Below the pieces are notes generated by a model. It saw only the letters and a list, made by a program, of their open reading frames with translations, did no database searches and had not been told where the DNA came from. From assembly GCA_001949185.1 (NCBI GenBank), contig BDGG01000001.1, forward strand, positions 3,241,324 to 3,305,323: a DNA stretch of 64,000 bases, given 5' to 3'. Shown piece by piece: positions 1 to 12,921 of the stretch. Every line of letters starts with the position of its first letter. Within the stretch, counting starts at the first letter, position 1. The translations under genes and the position numbers were made by a program. The DNA is from Ramazzottius varieornatus (Eukaryota; Animalia; Tardigrada).

Positions 1-1052
1 GACGGCTTTCCCACCACACGCGCAACAAGTTTGAGATTTTTATCGACATTGTAAAAAGCAGTGTACTGACCTAATCCAGCTTGAGCAACCACCCACGATA
101 AACGCATAAAGAGCAAGACTCCTGCAACATGAAAACGTATAAATATTTGAGCTGTCTCATACTAAAATACAAATAATTACGGCACTTACCCCAAATATTC
201 AGTAGGCATCGAACCTAAAACGAATTTCTCATAGTAATTTAGTAAATGGCCAAAATATTGACAAAACAAAGAAAAAAGTCTTACGAATACTCCTCGAATC
301 CATCCGAATTTTATTCCTTGCGCTGTTTGAGTTACCGGTGCGATCAGTACCGCTGCTGAGTCCTTCCGGGAGATGCCACTTTCCACCCTCGCGATATCGG
401 TCTTGTCCTGTCAAGAAGAGGCTGTAATCTAAGCGCGAACAGCCTTTTAAGCAAGATCTTTGCTTTAGGGTATTAGTCCAATAACCTACTTCGCGTAGTT
501 CGAGGATGGTTGGCCGGGCTCGTCCTTCCCTCGTGAGGGACAGGACATCTAAAATTGATGAGTAAACCAATTAGGCCGGTTGAAGGCGCTAAACAGTGGA
601 TGCATTTTACGAACAGTTTGTCTCCCTTGGCATGGCCTCGAACGTGTCTTCTCCGTTGAATCCTTCGCCGTCATCACTGTCGTAGTCCACTCCTCGGCGA
701 GGTCTGTCGTATCTTTCGCAAGTGATGTATCCAATATCATCGATATCCTAAACATCAACAAACATCGTGTAACGCGAGCAGGAAGTCCGACAATCAAGTT
801 AGAAAGCTTCCTACTTTGTTTATTGACGAAACGTTCTTTGTACTGCTCGTAGTTGGAACTTCCCGAACCAGCCAACGGAATAAATTATCGTATGAGTACC
901 TGGGAGTAGGTCGAAACGTGGTCATCTTCGGCTTGTTCCGGTGGATGATTCACTGCTGCATATTCCTCTGGTGATCCCTCCTTGAAACGGATGCTGGCTT
1001 GCTTAACCGGTATAACGTTGAACCGAGAGTTCGTGCCGGGAGAGTCGGCCAT
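1..1052 (-). CDS. SLC12 cation-chloride cotransporter (NKCC/NCC branch), 5' exons only; gene runs off the window start
   Basis: ATG at 1052 (MADSPGTNSRFNVIPV) carries an RFxV SPAK/OSR1 docking motif. Spliced exons give DTFEAMPRETNY, RPTILEL, IKFGWIRGVFVRCLLNIWG and VLLFMRLSWVVAQAGL, the TM1-TM2 signature of NKCC/NCC. Confidence 0.9.
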
Positions 1053-2304
1053 CTTACTTCCGGACTGTAAAACAGAGACCGGACGACTGAGAAAAGACAG
1101 CGACAGCGACGACCGGTCTACAGATAACGTCTTGATTAGATACACGAATATACATAAACTTACCTTCGATCGTACGTCAAAGATACGCCAGTCGTTTTGG
1201 TGCAGAAATCCGATCGTTAAATGAACGTCCTGCCCAGTCTAATTTATCTGCGAAAAGGCGGTCAGGGACTTCCGGTGGATAAGTGTGGCAGCGCCGGAAG
1301 AGCTTCTAGGTCTGATAACACGGTTGATCCTGAACTTTAGCAAACGAAAGCGTTACCGCCATCCGTTCTTGACAACCGACTTACTGAAGGCAGGACGGTG
1401 AGCAGTAGACGGTGAGTGAGGTACGCTGGTTGGATTTTCTTATTTGCACAGTGAGTCAAGGTACGGAAAACGATGAAAACAAGTCAGCGAAAACGGCTTC
1501 CAGTTCCCAAACAAGTGTCCTCCGTAGAGCAATCAACTTCAGCTTCGTTGCTCCGGTTCTGCGATCAGCTGTTGGCCTGTTGCTTCGGCTGTTTTGCATG
1601 TGGACTGCTTGTCATGGCCACCGAAGAGATGAGCAGATCAAGAGCGTCGGCGAGGAGAGAGATAAAAGTAGACCGGAAAAGCGGAATGAGGCTGCCGGCG
1701 GCCATTGTTATGACATCACCGTGTATACCATCCTTTCGCTTGACGTCACAAGCCCGACACATACATAGTTCACAAGGCCGAATAAAACTATAAGCATACT
1801 AGTAGAATAAATCATAATTCCGATGTGGTTTTAGGGGAGATTAAGGGATACCGCGTCGATTCACCAAGAGTCACCAGGGTACCAGAACGAACAAAACAAC
1901 GAAACACAGTTTGATACTGTAACACCAGGAATGCGTTTCCGCCTTCCCCACAGAATCACCAGGAGCTCGTGAAGAGGTGAATACCTGCCGGTGCGGAAGG
2001 GTGGTTACTCGGAAGAGCGAAAATTAGAGCTGGTTGAGATCGGGGCAAAACTAGACATTCGGTAGTTTACCGTCCAGGGTTGCTGTTGTGAGTCTGCGGA
2101 ATTTTCTTAATAACCGTGGGAAAACTCCAAGGCGCAACAGTACAAAACACCAAAGGCGCACGCGGTGAAACTATTCATGATCGATGGAACAAAGTATAAA
2201 GTTCATTTAACAAACAAATCTACATGTGGTTACCTAGGACTTCGCAAAATACAATGCTATACCGAAAATAATACCAATTACAAACGGAGTTGGATTTTGA
2301 ACCA

Positions 2305-4420
2305 TCAAAATTGAAGCTGACGACGAGTCCGAGTAACACCTGCCGTTTCTCCAGGAGGTGCATTGGAACGTTCCGCCGGTGGCTGCTTATGGAATGGCGA
2401 CCACTGGGTCAGTATCGCGGATGGACCACCTGGACTTGGCATCAAGTTGGGATCACCAGTCAGTCTCAACTGCGCTTCCCTGTAAGGAGTTCCTCGTGGA
2501 GAGGGAGGTGGCGGAGAAGACATTCGCGTTGGAGTGGATGGTGGCTGTGAACCGAATGCGGCGAAAGAACTGCGGTTCTCTTCTGTAGCCATCACCTATA
2601 TACAAGGAAAAGTCGCAGTAACGCGTTGTCGCAGTAACTGGCTAAAACCGTGCGCGACTTGGGGAAAAACGATCGCGCATCTGCGCGCCTGACTAACGGG
2701 TAAAAAAGTCTTAAAAATGCTTACCTTCTGTGGAGGTTGTGATAAGTTTCCCATCGGTGCTAACGCGCGCTTCTTGCTCTCGTAAACGTTTTCAGGCTTC
2801 TGACTGACGGATTTCGTAAGCTGTGAGGAAGAGTTCGAGCGTTGTAACGATGTTGGTGCACATTCGATGCTGCTTCTTTGTCGCTGGAAGCGATGACGAC
2901 CGAAAGGTGAGGTTTGGTTGGGTGCGCCCAGCAAGGGCTTACCATCGAGACGAAGGCCGTTCTGTGAAGGCATGCGACGTGGCGGAACTGGAATGAAGTT
3001 ATCGGTTGAGGACGTCTGGTCGAGACTGGTTGACTTTCGAAGGAGAAGGTTCCTCCGAACGCCGGAACCTGAAGGACGTTTTGGGAGGGAGTCGGTGAAA
3101 TCCGGTAGGGGGATGATGAGCTCGTCGCAAACAGCGTTCATTATTCTCTGGATGCACCTCTCAGTTCCACACCTGCAAATCATATAAACCGAAAACTTTA
3201 ACATCATTCGATCGGTTATAGCCTTATGCACATATCACACACGCAAAGAAACGGAAGAGTTTGTCGAACCTGTATTCTATTTCGCTTTCCATGAAACGCC
3301 ATATATAGTCATACTTTTCCTTGGTTGCGAGGCTCTGTACCAGTTCAACTATGTCGTTTCGCATGGCCTGGAAGAAGGGCGAAGCTCGACAGTCCTCTGC
3401 CAACTTCCGGTTGCAGAGAACTCTATACAGCGCTAGTCGGAGAAGAATCTGGAAATGGTACCTGAAAAAAACAGAATCAGAAGTGCCATGAGCTTGCAAC
3501 TACTGTAGTACTCGTACGGCATTTTTAAGGATTCAAAGAGAAGCCATCACAAACCGTCTGCAGCGTTTCGAATGCGCTCGGTACTGCTCCTTTTCCTTCT
3601 TTGCCCTCCCTTTCGCTTCCTCCTCGTCAGAGTCTAGGTTAGTGGACACCACAACTTCCGTGGATATTCCAGGTTCCTGAGGAGTTTGTATTGAAGGCTG
3701 CTGTATCTCTTCTGCAATACCGTTGTCGACCGCTGTTAGTGACAGCGCATTGGCTGTAGTCTCTGCCAGCAACCCCACGCTGAGACTTTCCACGGAACTG
3801 TTATCGTATCTTGCTTTCAGATCATCCGTGCTTACCCAAAATCTCTGTAGACGTAGCAGAGACTGCACTTTAGCTTCAGGACTTCCAGCTTTAGTTCTCC
3901 ACAACGAGCCGATCACTACATCCACAGCGCAGTTAACCAAGGAACAGATTGGCGGAAATCCTTTGCGCAAGTCTTTCATGGCTGTGATGTACTGGGACTT
4001 CATGCTGTCGGTCACACTTGTGGGGCAATCCAAATCTGCAATAAGACAGGAAAAGGCTGATCAGTGGTGACTTTCAGAACGGCCTAGCGTAACCTCGAGT
4101 TTCGGCTGTAGTAAAAAGCGGGCAGAAAACTGAATGAGCATCCGATAGGTTAACTTACAGTGCATTGCAGCCCCTGTCGTATCTGACTCCCGTCCAGTTG
4201 TTTTCTCTGGGGACAAAAGCATGGAATCGTTCAAGGAGGGTGCTGCGTCGTCATTCTTCGATGTCCAAGTACTGGAGGATTTCTGCGCGGGAGAAAAATC
4301 AACAAGTGGAGCTGGGATGGTGGCTTTGTTCGTGGACGCCTTCAGGATCTGACAGCCTCGATACGAACTGGCATTCTTCGGAAGCTCCAGACTACCGCGA
4401 CTTTTGTTCCGAAGCATCAT
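2305..4420 (-). CDS. 557-aa protein, putative Treslin/TICRR (Sld3)-core homologue
   Basis: Five phase-consistent GT-AG exons (4420-4159, 4035-3555, 3461-3270, 3172-2725, 2595-2305). The middle reads RRYHFQILLRLAL...DIVELVQSLATKEKYDYIWRFMESEIEYR...IMNAVCDELIIPLP, similar to the Sld3/Treslin domain as recalled. S/T-P-rich termini include SPEK, TPTR and TPYR CDK consensus sites. The gene model is solid; the identity is tentative. Confidence 0.5.
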
Positions 4421-4865
4421 GGAACATCCGCGCAAGCCAGACAAGATCCAAGAAGCACTGCAAGGAGCAGCTAGCAAATCCTGAAATTTGGTATGGTCTC
4501 GAATACTTTGTTCAGCTCTCACTCTCTCAGCCTCTCACTCGGGGTAAAGCGGGCAACCCAGAAGTTTTATCCCAGGGCCCAGACCCGATGCCCTCAGCTA
4601 GCACGACCGAATATTATCGGAATATACCGAAACCGAGCGTCAGACCGATGGGCCAACCGGGGGAGGGGCCGAGAAGTGGTTCCCAAAATTTTGATTTCGC
4701 AATTCGTCCAATAGTCCGTTCTGTGAAGTGAGATCCTCTTCAAATTTTAAGTACAGTAGAATTCTTTTTCTTCATCCAACCAGGCTCGAAGCGTTTGTGT
4801 GTTTGTGCTTTTGTGCTGGTGAGCTGCTTTCCATTTGGAGCTTGAGGAAGCCCGTCGTATTTAAG

Positions 4866-5484
4866 ATGGCAAAGAGCATGCGCAGCAAGTTCAAGAGGAA
4901 GATGCGTGCTTTGAAGCGAGAGAAATACTACAACCGCGAGGTGGAAAAGCTCAAGAAAACCACTGCGAGAATCCAGCTGAGCAGCGATCCGGACATCATC
5001 ATAAAGAAGGAAGCGGAAGAAACATCGGGTGAGGGTAAGATCGACGTTTTCCGATTGTATGGTTTGGAGATGACATACAGCAAATCTTTCGCACAGCTGA
5101 TCGCGGCTTCGTGCTCGTGTTTGAGCCATCGGTATTTTGCGCTTGCAGTTTTTGGAGCTCAGACGGACGTCCCGGCCGAGAACCTTCCGACTGCGGAACC
5201 GGACGACAGCGTAATGGAAATTGGCGAGTTGAAGCCCAGAAACAAGCTGAAGTTCCAACTGAATCCAAAGACTCTGCGAAACGAACATGGAAATTATCCA
5301 GGTACGAATTGTACATAGTGAAATCTTTGTGTAACTCAGTCGACCCTTGCTGGTCTTCGTTGCAGTATGGGTGAATCAAAGGAAAATCAAGCAGATCAAG
5401 CGGAAGGGTAAGACGCAGAAGCGGACTCAAATTAAAGGAAGAGGCATCAAAAAGAAGACGACATCAAAATCGAAATCGAAGTGA
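4866..5484 (+). CDS. LLPH: Protein LLP homolog (LAPS18-like)
   Basis: N-terminus MAKSMRSKFKRKMRALKREKY; C-terminal PKTLRNEHGNYPVWVNQRKIK followed by a basic tail; three exons (about 4866-5035, 5149-5301, 5366-5484). Confidence 0.9.
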
Positions 5485-7103
5485 TCATGAGATCCAACGC
5501 TTTCCTTTCCAAGTCAGTACATAGCTAACCCGAGTTGTTGACGTTCCATCCTCCTGAGGGTTTGGTGCGTTGAAAATCTTCCGCTGAAGACAGAGCATTC
5601 TACGATCAGAAGAGTCAGCAAGGCAAGAGCTTTGCTTTCTTGCTTTTTTGTCGAGCACACGCTGGTGGAACGCTATACTCTCTTCGAAATAATCAAGCAC
5701 CTCGAGAGACTCGCTCACAGAAGCCCGTAAAGATTCTACAACGAAACTTTCAGCGTTTAGAGATGTCACAGGAGAGCAGGAACCTTTTCTCCACGGGGTA
5801 GTTATTGTGTTTGAGCCAGGTACAAGCTTTTGGGAGGGGTCGACGCGACCGCCGCCCTGGACAGGGTCCTTGAGTGACGTCATCGCGGACTATGGATGAA
5901 CCTGTAGAATGCTTTCCCGTAAAAATCGGTGGTCCTGCTTTTATAATCTTCCCCTCCTTTCCTGTCTCGGCATAAGAGCCGTCGTTTCGCATTTCCTTGG
6001 CTGTCGTGGAAGGACTTCCTTAGGCTGTTGATTAGTGATCAGTTTTGAAGTTGAAAGTCCCAGTCGGCTGGAAAAGGTGTACGTGACCAGCGTCGTGCAA
6101 TCGTTCATCTACGTAGATTGCAAAATAAATGAATGGCTGATATTGGTTTTTGCCATGCCGATTACGGCGAAACTGACCCCTCAGAGAAGGAAGTGGACAC
6201 GATACGCGTTATTTATTCCTGGGCAGTATCTAGTGATAAAGGCCCATTTGCAAATGTAGTTTCTGTTGGCTCCATCAGATCGTAACGGCATTTGGCTGGT
6301 GCCGACACAGTGTGCCTTCTATCAGTGCCGACTTTCGATCTTCGAACGTGTTCCACCAGTAAATGTGACCGGTGGATTTTGAACTGTTTTACGATAGTGC
6401 GGTGATTACTCGTTTTGCATGCAGGTTGCGGCTATAGGCAGCAGCAGCTTTTTCTGCAGCTGGTACCAAATTTATTTTATAACCATGAAAGCATATCAAT
6501 GAGTATTCCGGTCACGGTGAAATGACTCAAAAATATGCCTGTGTAATTCTCATGATGTATCGCGCAGCGTGAGCTCTTCTACGTAGAGCGATCCTTTCAC
6601 ATGTAAACGAGAAGCCTTACGGATCTCCCTTATCCCTCCGATTTACTCTTCATCATCTACATCGGACTTGCTTCTAGATCTTCAGCATGAACCTGACTCG
6701 TACTCCTTGACCGCCTGATTTCTGTGTCTCTTTTGATGGTGTTATTTTTTGATGGTGTTCCAGACAAGATGAACGGGGTAACCTGATAGGGTCCTTCTTG
6801 AACACGAAAGAATTACCGAGAATATTGACAATGGCAATCCACCGGCCGGAGGATGATGACGGAGAATCGGACCGGCAGGCCTACGCCATCGCGTGCTGAA
6901 ATATTTCGGGGTAAGCGTGCTTTTTTGATTCTGCGTGGCCATGCGGTGGTACGGATGATCGTCACAAAAGAAGTTTCGCTACGTGTTTTGAACGGTCAGG
7001 GGTTATCGATAATTTGATGAGCAGTATATGCAGGGAAGGGCTATCTAGGCGCCAAGCTGTTCTTGAAAGTTGTCGCTCAAGTAAATTGACTTATGGCCTG
7101 CAC

Positions 7104-7290
7104 ATGCTATAATGCAAATGGTGTTGCTTGTCGAGAGCGAGAATGTGCAGAGGCGTGCGTTTGCAGAATTATTATCACGAGGAACATAATTTGCACCGGT
7201 AAAAACTGGTCAAGCCATGTCAGTTTGCATATGGATGCCATCACCATATGCATAAATTCAAAACGTATTTTATACATAATATGCAGTGGC
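7104..7290. promoter_or_regulatory. Cluster of octamer/MORE-like POU-binding motifs (candidate enhancer)
   Basis: ATGCAAAT at 7112-7119, ATTTGCAC at 7189-7196, TTGCATATGGAT (10/12 match to MORE) at 7225-7236 and ATGCATAA at 7248-7255, about 3.3 kb upstream of the POU gene. Confidence 0.3.
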
Positions 7291-7617
7291 CGGTGACTTT
7301 AAAATCTGAGCCAGCGTAGATTACCTGGCGCCATCGTGTCCAAGATTGATGGTCCACGTATGCAACAGGTTTCCCAAATATCACAACTCGCTGAGATTTC
7401 CATCGTTCTAAAAAATTAGTATTTCACTCAGAAAAAATTGCAGATGTTCAGAATTCAGTGTCGAAAATTCGTCTGGAAATTTCTGTAAGTGGGTCCGAGC
7501 CAAATACGTGTTCTGTTTAGGGGTAAATTATGGTTGTCCATTCAAAGAAGCTGATAATCATAATACGTGTTATCTCATCGAGAACTTTATAGGGTTAATT
7601 CGTAAGCAAATATGTCA

Positions 7618-8720
7618 TCAAAGGTAATCCACGTCCTCTCCGAGTTCCGAAGTCCGAATGGCTACAGCAAGGCGAAATGCCTGCATGCCGGCAGCATGTG
7701 CAGAGGCTCGCTCCGCTAGCCGGTATAATTTTGGCAGGAAAAACACGACTGCACCTGTTACTATTAAAACTTTGTGACAGGCCAGTCCAGCGAGCAGCCT
7801 GTCATACGGCATAAAAAGTTGCTTGACATAAGCAGCATTAACCGCAGAATTTTCATATCTGTACATAAATTGTGGTACGGGTCATTGCTGGACATGTCAG
7901 CCGCGGGTTGAAGCAGCAGCAGCAGATCGGACGCCCCAGGATGTTTTGCATGCGTTGTGCTCAGTGCGAAGATTTTAAGACCTATGCAGAGCTTGACCAA
8001 ACTCCGCCCTTGCACCGATTTAATGATGCTTTTAGACAAGTTTTTCGCATATCTTTCGACGGAAAGAAATTGACATTGTTGCGAGGTGAATCGTATTCAA
8101 AGCAGTTGGCGCTGTTGCATGTATGAATAATATATCGGCTGTTGAGAACATGCGGCCATTCCGTCGACGTCTTACGAGGAGAGGCGGTTTATAGGCATAT
8201 ATGGGCAATGTGCGCATGTACCGCTCGGTATTTTGTTTTCTTGTTCTCTAAAATTTAGTTATCATCGAGCTAGGAGATCGACGGTGTCCTACTGAAGGCA
8301 GGAAGCCCGCGTTCGGCATACCACCGTAGCTTATCAGTTTTTCACGATTTGAAGTGGGTGAGCTGGACTTTAGACTTCGGTGAGTGTTCGCCTATTAACG
8401 ATTTGTGGAATTCCCACTTTACTGATGTGCCGCGTTGGATTTCGAAAATACTGTTCGAAGTATTAAGGTTTCTACATTGGTCTATGAGGCAGAACTTAAG
8501 AGGCAACAGGTGACCAGGAAAAGAGTTTTGGCGGACCAAGTAGAGTACCGCCGGTGCAGCCGTCTGTTCGCGCGGTCGCGCCGGTCGTACGAAATGTCTT
8601 TCGTGAAAACAATATAATTTGTTGGTTATGATACACGTGTGCGTTTAAGTTCGCAGACTGTCTCAAAGCTGCCTGAAGGAGATCTTCGAGATTTTCAGCA
8701 CAGGCAAAGACAGGAACCAT
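7618..8720 (-). pseudogene. Possible disrupted coding remnant (chain of overlapping short ORFs)
   Basis: Five overlapping or abutting minus-strand ORFs (8496-8720, 8342-8539, 8032-8217, 7764-8039, 7618-7866) with protein-like Leu-rich composition. No family recognised. Confidence 0.15.
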
Positions 8721-10525
8721 AGTACGATCATGGGTTTCGGGGTGGGCGTGGCACCGTGGGAACCTAAGCTGTGGTGTTGGACCATGACCGGCGAAGTGGT
8801 GTGACTCTAATCGAACAAGAAAATTTGTTACTTGAAACTCATGTTTTCTTACTGAAAGTCTAAGACCAAGTATATAAAGAAATGATTCATTTGCCGGAAG
8901 GGATTTGTTATGCCGATATCTGCAGGAATTTCCTTCTCATCTAAATAGCCGTAACAGTATGGGGCATTAGACCTGAATGACTTGTTTGCCTGATGTACTG
9001 GTACTGTAGTACTGTACGTCGACAGGTGTCTGATAAGCTTCTACCAGTTTGGATGTTGTTCATTGCGAAATCTCACGAAGAAGATATAGCCTCGGATTGG
9101 AAGATTTGCTGGTGGTGGAGGAAATGAACATTCGCTGAATAACAAGCACTTATCTGAGGTAGTAAAAGTTGTGCCTTGAAGCGTTCAGTCTGATCGTCAT
9201 CAGTTCGTTCCTGGTGTACAACATATTCGGACACAGAACTTTTTTGTTCTTGACATTGGGAATAACCCCATTGGAATCTTGAAGGGGACGATTGATCCGC
9301 GGTTTTCGATATGTAGAGTTTGGATGGCAGATTAGGGTTACTGGAGGAAGTACCGTGCGCCGGGTGTGTATGATAATGTGGAACGAACCCACAGGCCTCG
9401 AAGTGGCGTGCCTTCCGATAGAAAATACGTTAGTAAAGTAACATTTACTTTGAAAATTTTCGAGCAGTGCGGCATGAGGTCAAAAGGCAGTTATGCAGTC
9501 CAAGATCAGGTGTTGGTTGACCGATGAATTGAAGTTTCAAGAGTGCAGACTGCGCGAAGCAGACGTAAGAACTCTGCGAGAGTGGAAGCAAAGATCGTGA
9601 AAGTGAACTGCGCAGATTTATAGTTCTTTTAATTATCGTCGTTTTTTATGATATCGAGTATTCTGCATGCCAAACAGCAATTGTAATATTCGTGACAGAT
9701 GATGGCGCAGGTTATAGATAAGACGTAAAGCAGCCCAGCGTTGAGTTCCTGACTGATGGTCGCAGCGCGTGTCTCAAGGCGGAGAATAATACCGCACCAG
9801 TTATACTCACTTCTTTTGATGATATCATTGCGTTTTTCGGTATGAAAAATTATCGAGACTTTTTGGATTTGAAACTGGACTGTTTTCATGGTAATGTTTA
9901 AAGCGTTAAGTGCATAACACAGAAATTTTCAGTTTTGTCCGTAATCGTCGATTTTTGTGCTGTGCAAAGGTTGTCCAACAGGTTACTGGCACTCGTATAG
10001 GCGACAAGATTTTACCGCCTTCGGACGTAAAATTCTCATTTAATTATTCACGGAAGATGTAAACACGTCAGCCATTTTACCGTTAGAACATTACAATCAT
10101 CGAGATTCCTCGAGTTTGCCCGGCAGTTTAGCTCATTGCCTATACCTTACGCACTATCATTCAAAGTCACCGTTTTTGCACTCGCTATTTCTACGCTCTG
10201 ATATTGTTCGCGTAATCTTCGTGTTGGATGTTCTTGCTTGTTGGACAACCGAGTTGCTGGCTGATTACTCTGTACTTCATTCTTGATATTTGTTTTTTTT
10301 CCAGGTTTCAGCAAAGAGTTTTTTGGGAACCCGCAGCATGTGAACCTCGTTTGATCTTGTTTCTTAATTTTTCTTCTGACACGCAGTAGTTTGTTGAATC
10401 CGTGTTGGTCTGAGGTCCATGTTGGCGTGGGTCGCGAGGCGACTCGAGGGGCCGGCAGTGGAACGGCAGGAAAGTTTTGAAAGGTGCACTGTGGAACGAC
10501 TTGCTCAATGCTGGCAATCAAAACC

Positions 10526-12921
10526 ATGGCTGAACGTGACATGCTCAAGAAAGGTTTACCGGACGGAGGACTGCGTCCAGCCCACTATCATTCGTCCCAT
10601 TCGTCATCCCGACGACGTAGTCCTCCGGTGCTGCAGCCGCAGCTTTCTCGTGGCGGATCCAGTCAGCATCCCTATCGAGTCGGCGTCGCGACCGATCATC
10701 GCCGCTCATTCCCACACGAAACGTCCATTCCCATACACAATCGTTCCACAATCCCAAAGAGTTCTTCCGCGTCGTCTTCGTCCGCTCGGTCGTCGACGAC
10801 CACCGGAGAATCAAGCTCACATCACAATCTCTCAATTTCAGATTCGCCCTACAATCAGAGAAATGAGTCTCGATCCAGCTCCCGACTGAGTGGTCCGAGC
10901 AACTCTCATAATGAGTCCGATGACGAAAGACTGGTCAGTAGCCAAGCTGGTGCCGAAGCTGTGGCTGCGAACTTCGCGAGCCCGACGAACCCCATGTTTG
11001 CCAACCAGCTCTTTTACGCGGTTTATAAGGCCCAACAAGATGCCTTACGATCGCAGGCTGCGCAGGTAATCTTTAAACTATCCAAATCTTCGATCCAATT
11101 TGACGACAGTACAGAGGATGCAAGATGAGACCATATATTTGACTTTGCAGGCGACTGCGCAAACCAGTCCGCAGTTAATGCTTCCCGCCAGTATGGAGCA
11201 GTTGATGATGCTCCAGTCGGCTTGGAACGCGGGCCAGCTGATTCCAAATCCTATGCTCTTCGCTGCCATGCCCACTAATAAGGTACACCTTCCCTCCGAA
11301 AGCTTTAGTCAATGAGGAATACAAATGGGTTCTGAGAAAGAAACAAAAGGAATCCAACTACGTGGTATTACTCAATAGTGGTCCACTACCGTCTGTCGCC
11401 TTTCGTAACGGATCCTCGGCCGTGCGGACCTTTGTATTCCCTCAACCGAGCTTCGATGACCGCGATCAATGTTTCTTTAAGTTGAGCGAGTGATAATGCA
11501 TGAAGTCTGTTTTGCAGGGCAACATTCCCGTTGGTCTCTTTCCACCTGTCATGCTCCAAGCCGGTCCCAACATTCCATTTGATGTTGCTCAAAGCTACCT
11601 TCATCAACATTCCAACGGGAAGCCCGCGGTTTCTGCATCGGGACCAGTCCCCGTTTCAACAGCTTCCCGTAATTCTTCGCCATCTTGCTCGTCCCGCGAG
11701 TCGTCACCAGCTCGGTCAGCGAAATCCGTACCACAGAAGTATCACCCAGATGCCTCTCAGCCACACCGTTCCACGGTCTTTCCCGACACGGTTGCGCAAC
11801 ATCTAGCAGGTGACCGACCAACAGGCGGCGCCGCTGCGGATGGTAACAGGCCAAAGCATTGGCCGAGGAGCAATGGTTCGCAGCCCGCACCTGTTCGCCA
11901 GCGTAGCGAAGAAAGAGATACCGCACTAAGCTGGAAGTGGTACAAGGCGGAAAAGCACCGTGAGAACGGAAACGGGAATTCGCTAGCTACAGTAAGAACA
12001 CGCTTGTCGTCGCCTGGTGTCGCGGAAAACCCAGATTACGCCAAAGAAGAACAGACACTGGATTTGGAAGAGCTGGAACAGTTCGCGAAATCATTCAAAC
12101 AGCGCCGAATAAAGCTAGGTAATTTATCTAAAAAACGAATGTCGATGTTTCGGCAAGCAAACTCGGCAAGGCAGTTTTTCCAAGTGACGCACGCGTTCTG
12201 CCAACAATAGTGAGATCGTGCGTCTCTTGGTAAAACGATCTTTTTGGGTTTGTTTGCTAGGCTTCTGTGTGTTGTTCTGCCGCCATTTCAGAAAGCTTAT
12301 ACTTCACAGAAATTTTTTGGTTTGTTATAGGTTTCACGCAGGGCGATGTCGGTCTAGCGATGGGAAAGCTTTACGGTAATGACTTCAGCCAGACGACCAT
12401 TTCGAGGTTCGAGGCCCTTAACCTAAGTTTCAAGAATATGTGTAAGCTGAAGCCTCTTCTTCACAAATGGCTGGACGACGCGGAGAATGCCAGTCGGAAT
12501 GGCGGGACTTTGGTGTACAACAACCCGGTGCCGCAAGCGATAGAGCCGGTGGGGCGACGTAGGAAGAAGCGGACCAGTATCGAGACGAATATGCGCGGGT
12601 CGCTGGAGAAGGCCTTCCTGCGGAACCCAAAGCCCAGTTCGGAAGACATTGCCAGTATTTCTTACAGCCTACAAATGGAACGAGAAGTCGTGAGGGTCTG
12701 GTTTTGGTGAGCCAAATAGTGCTCCGATATGTGACAATTTGCTCAACTGTATTCTACTCTATTCTAGTAATCGGAGACAGAAGGAGAAGCGAATTAACCC
12801 TGCCACTTCTTCTAGTGGAAGACATTCCACACCGGACTGCTCGACAAGCAACGGCACACCAGGTGGCCGTGAGACACTTGAAAGCCGGTCACCGTCACCA
12901 AGTGGATCGAGAAACAGCTAA
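10526..12921 (+). CDS. Class II POU-domain transcription factor (nubbin/pdm, Oct-1/2-like)
   Basis: POU-specific domain [62 protein letters not shown] and homeodomain [10 protein letters not shown]...[17 protein letters not shown] (WF-C joined across the 12707-12767 intron). Exons about 10526-11065, 11151-11282, 11518-12118, 12331-12706, 12768-12921. Alternative start at 10508. Confidence 0.93.

Noticed and set aside
1412-1793. Overlapping + strand ORFs next to the SLC12 promoter; one shares the peptide VMATEE with the Treslin-like gene
   Set aside because: No recognisable family, and the similarity does not extend beyond six residues.
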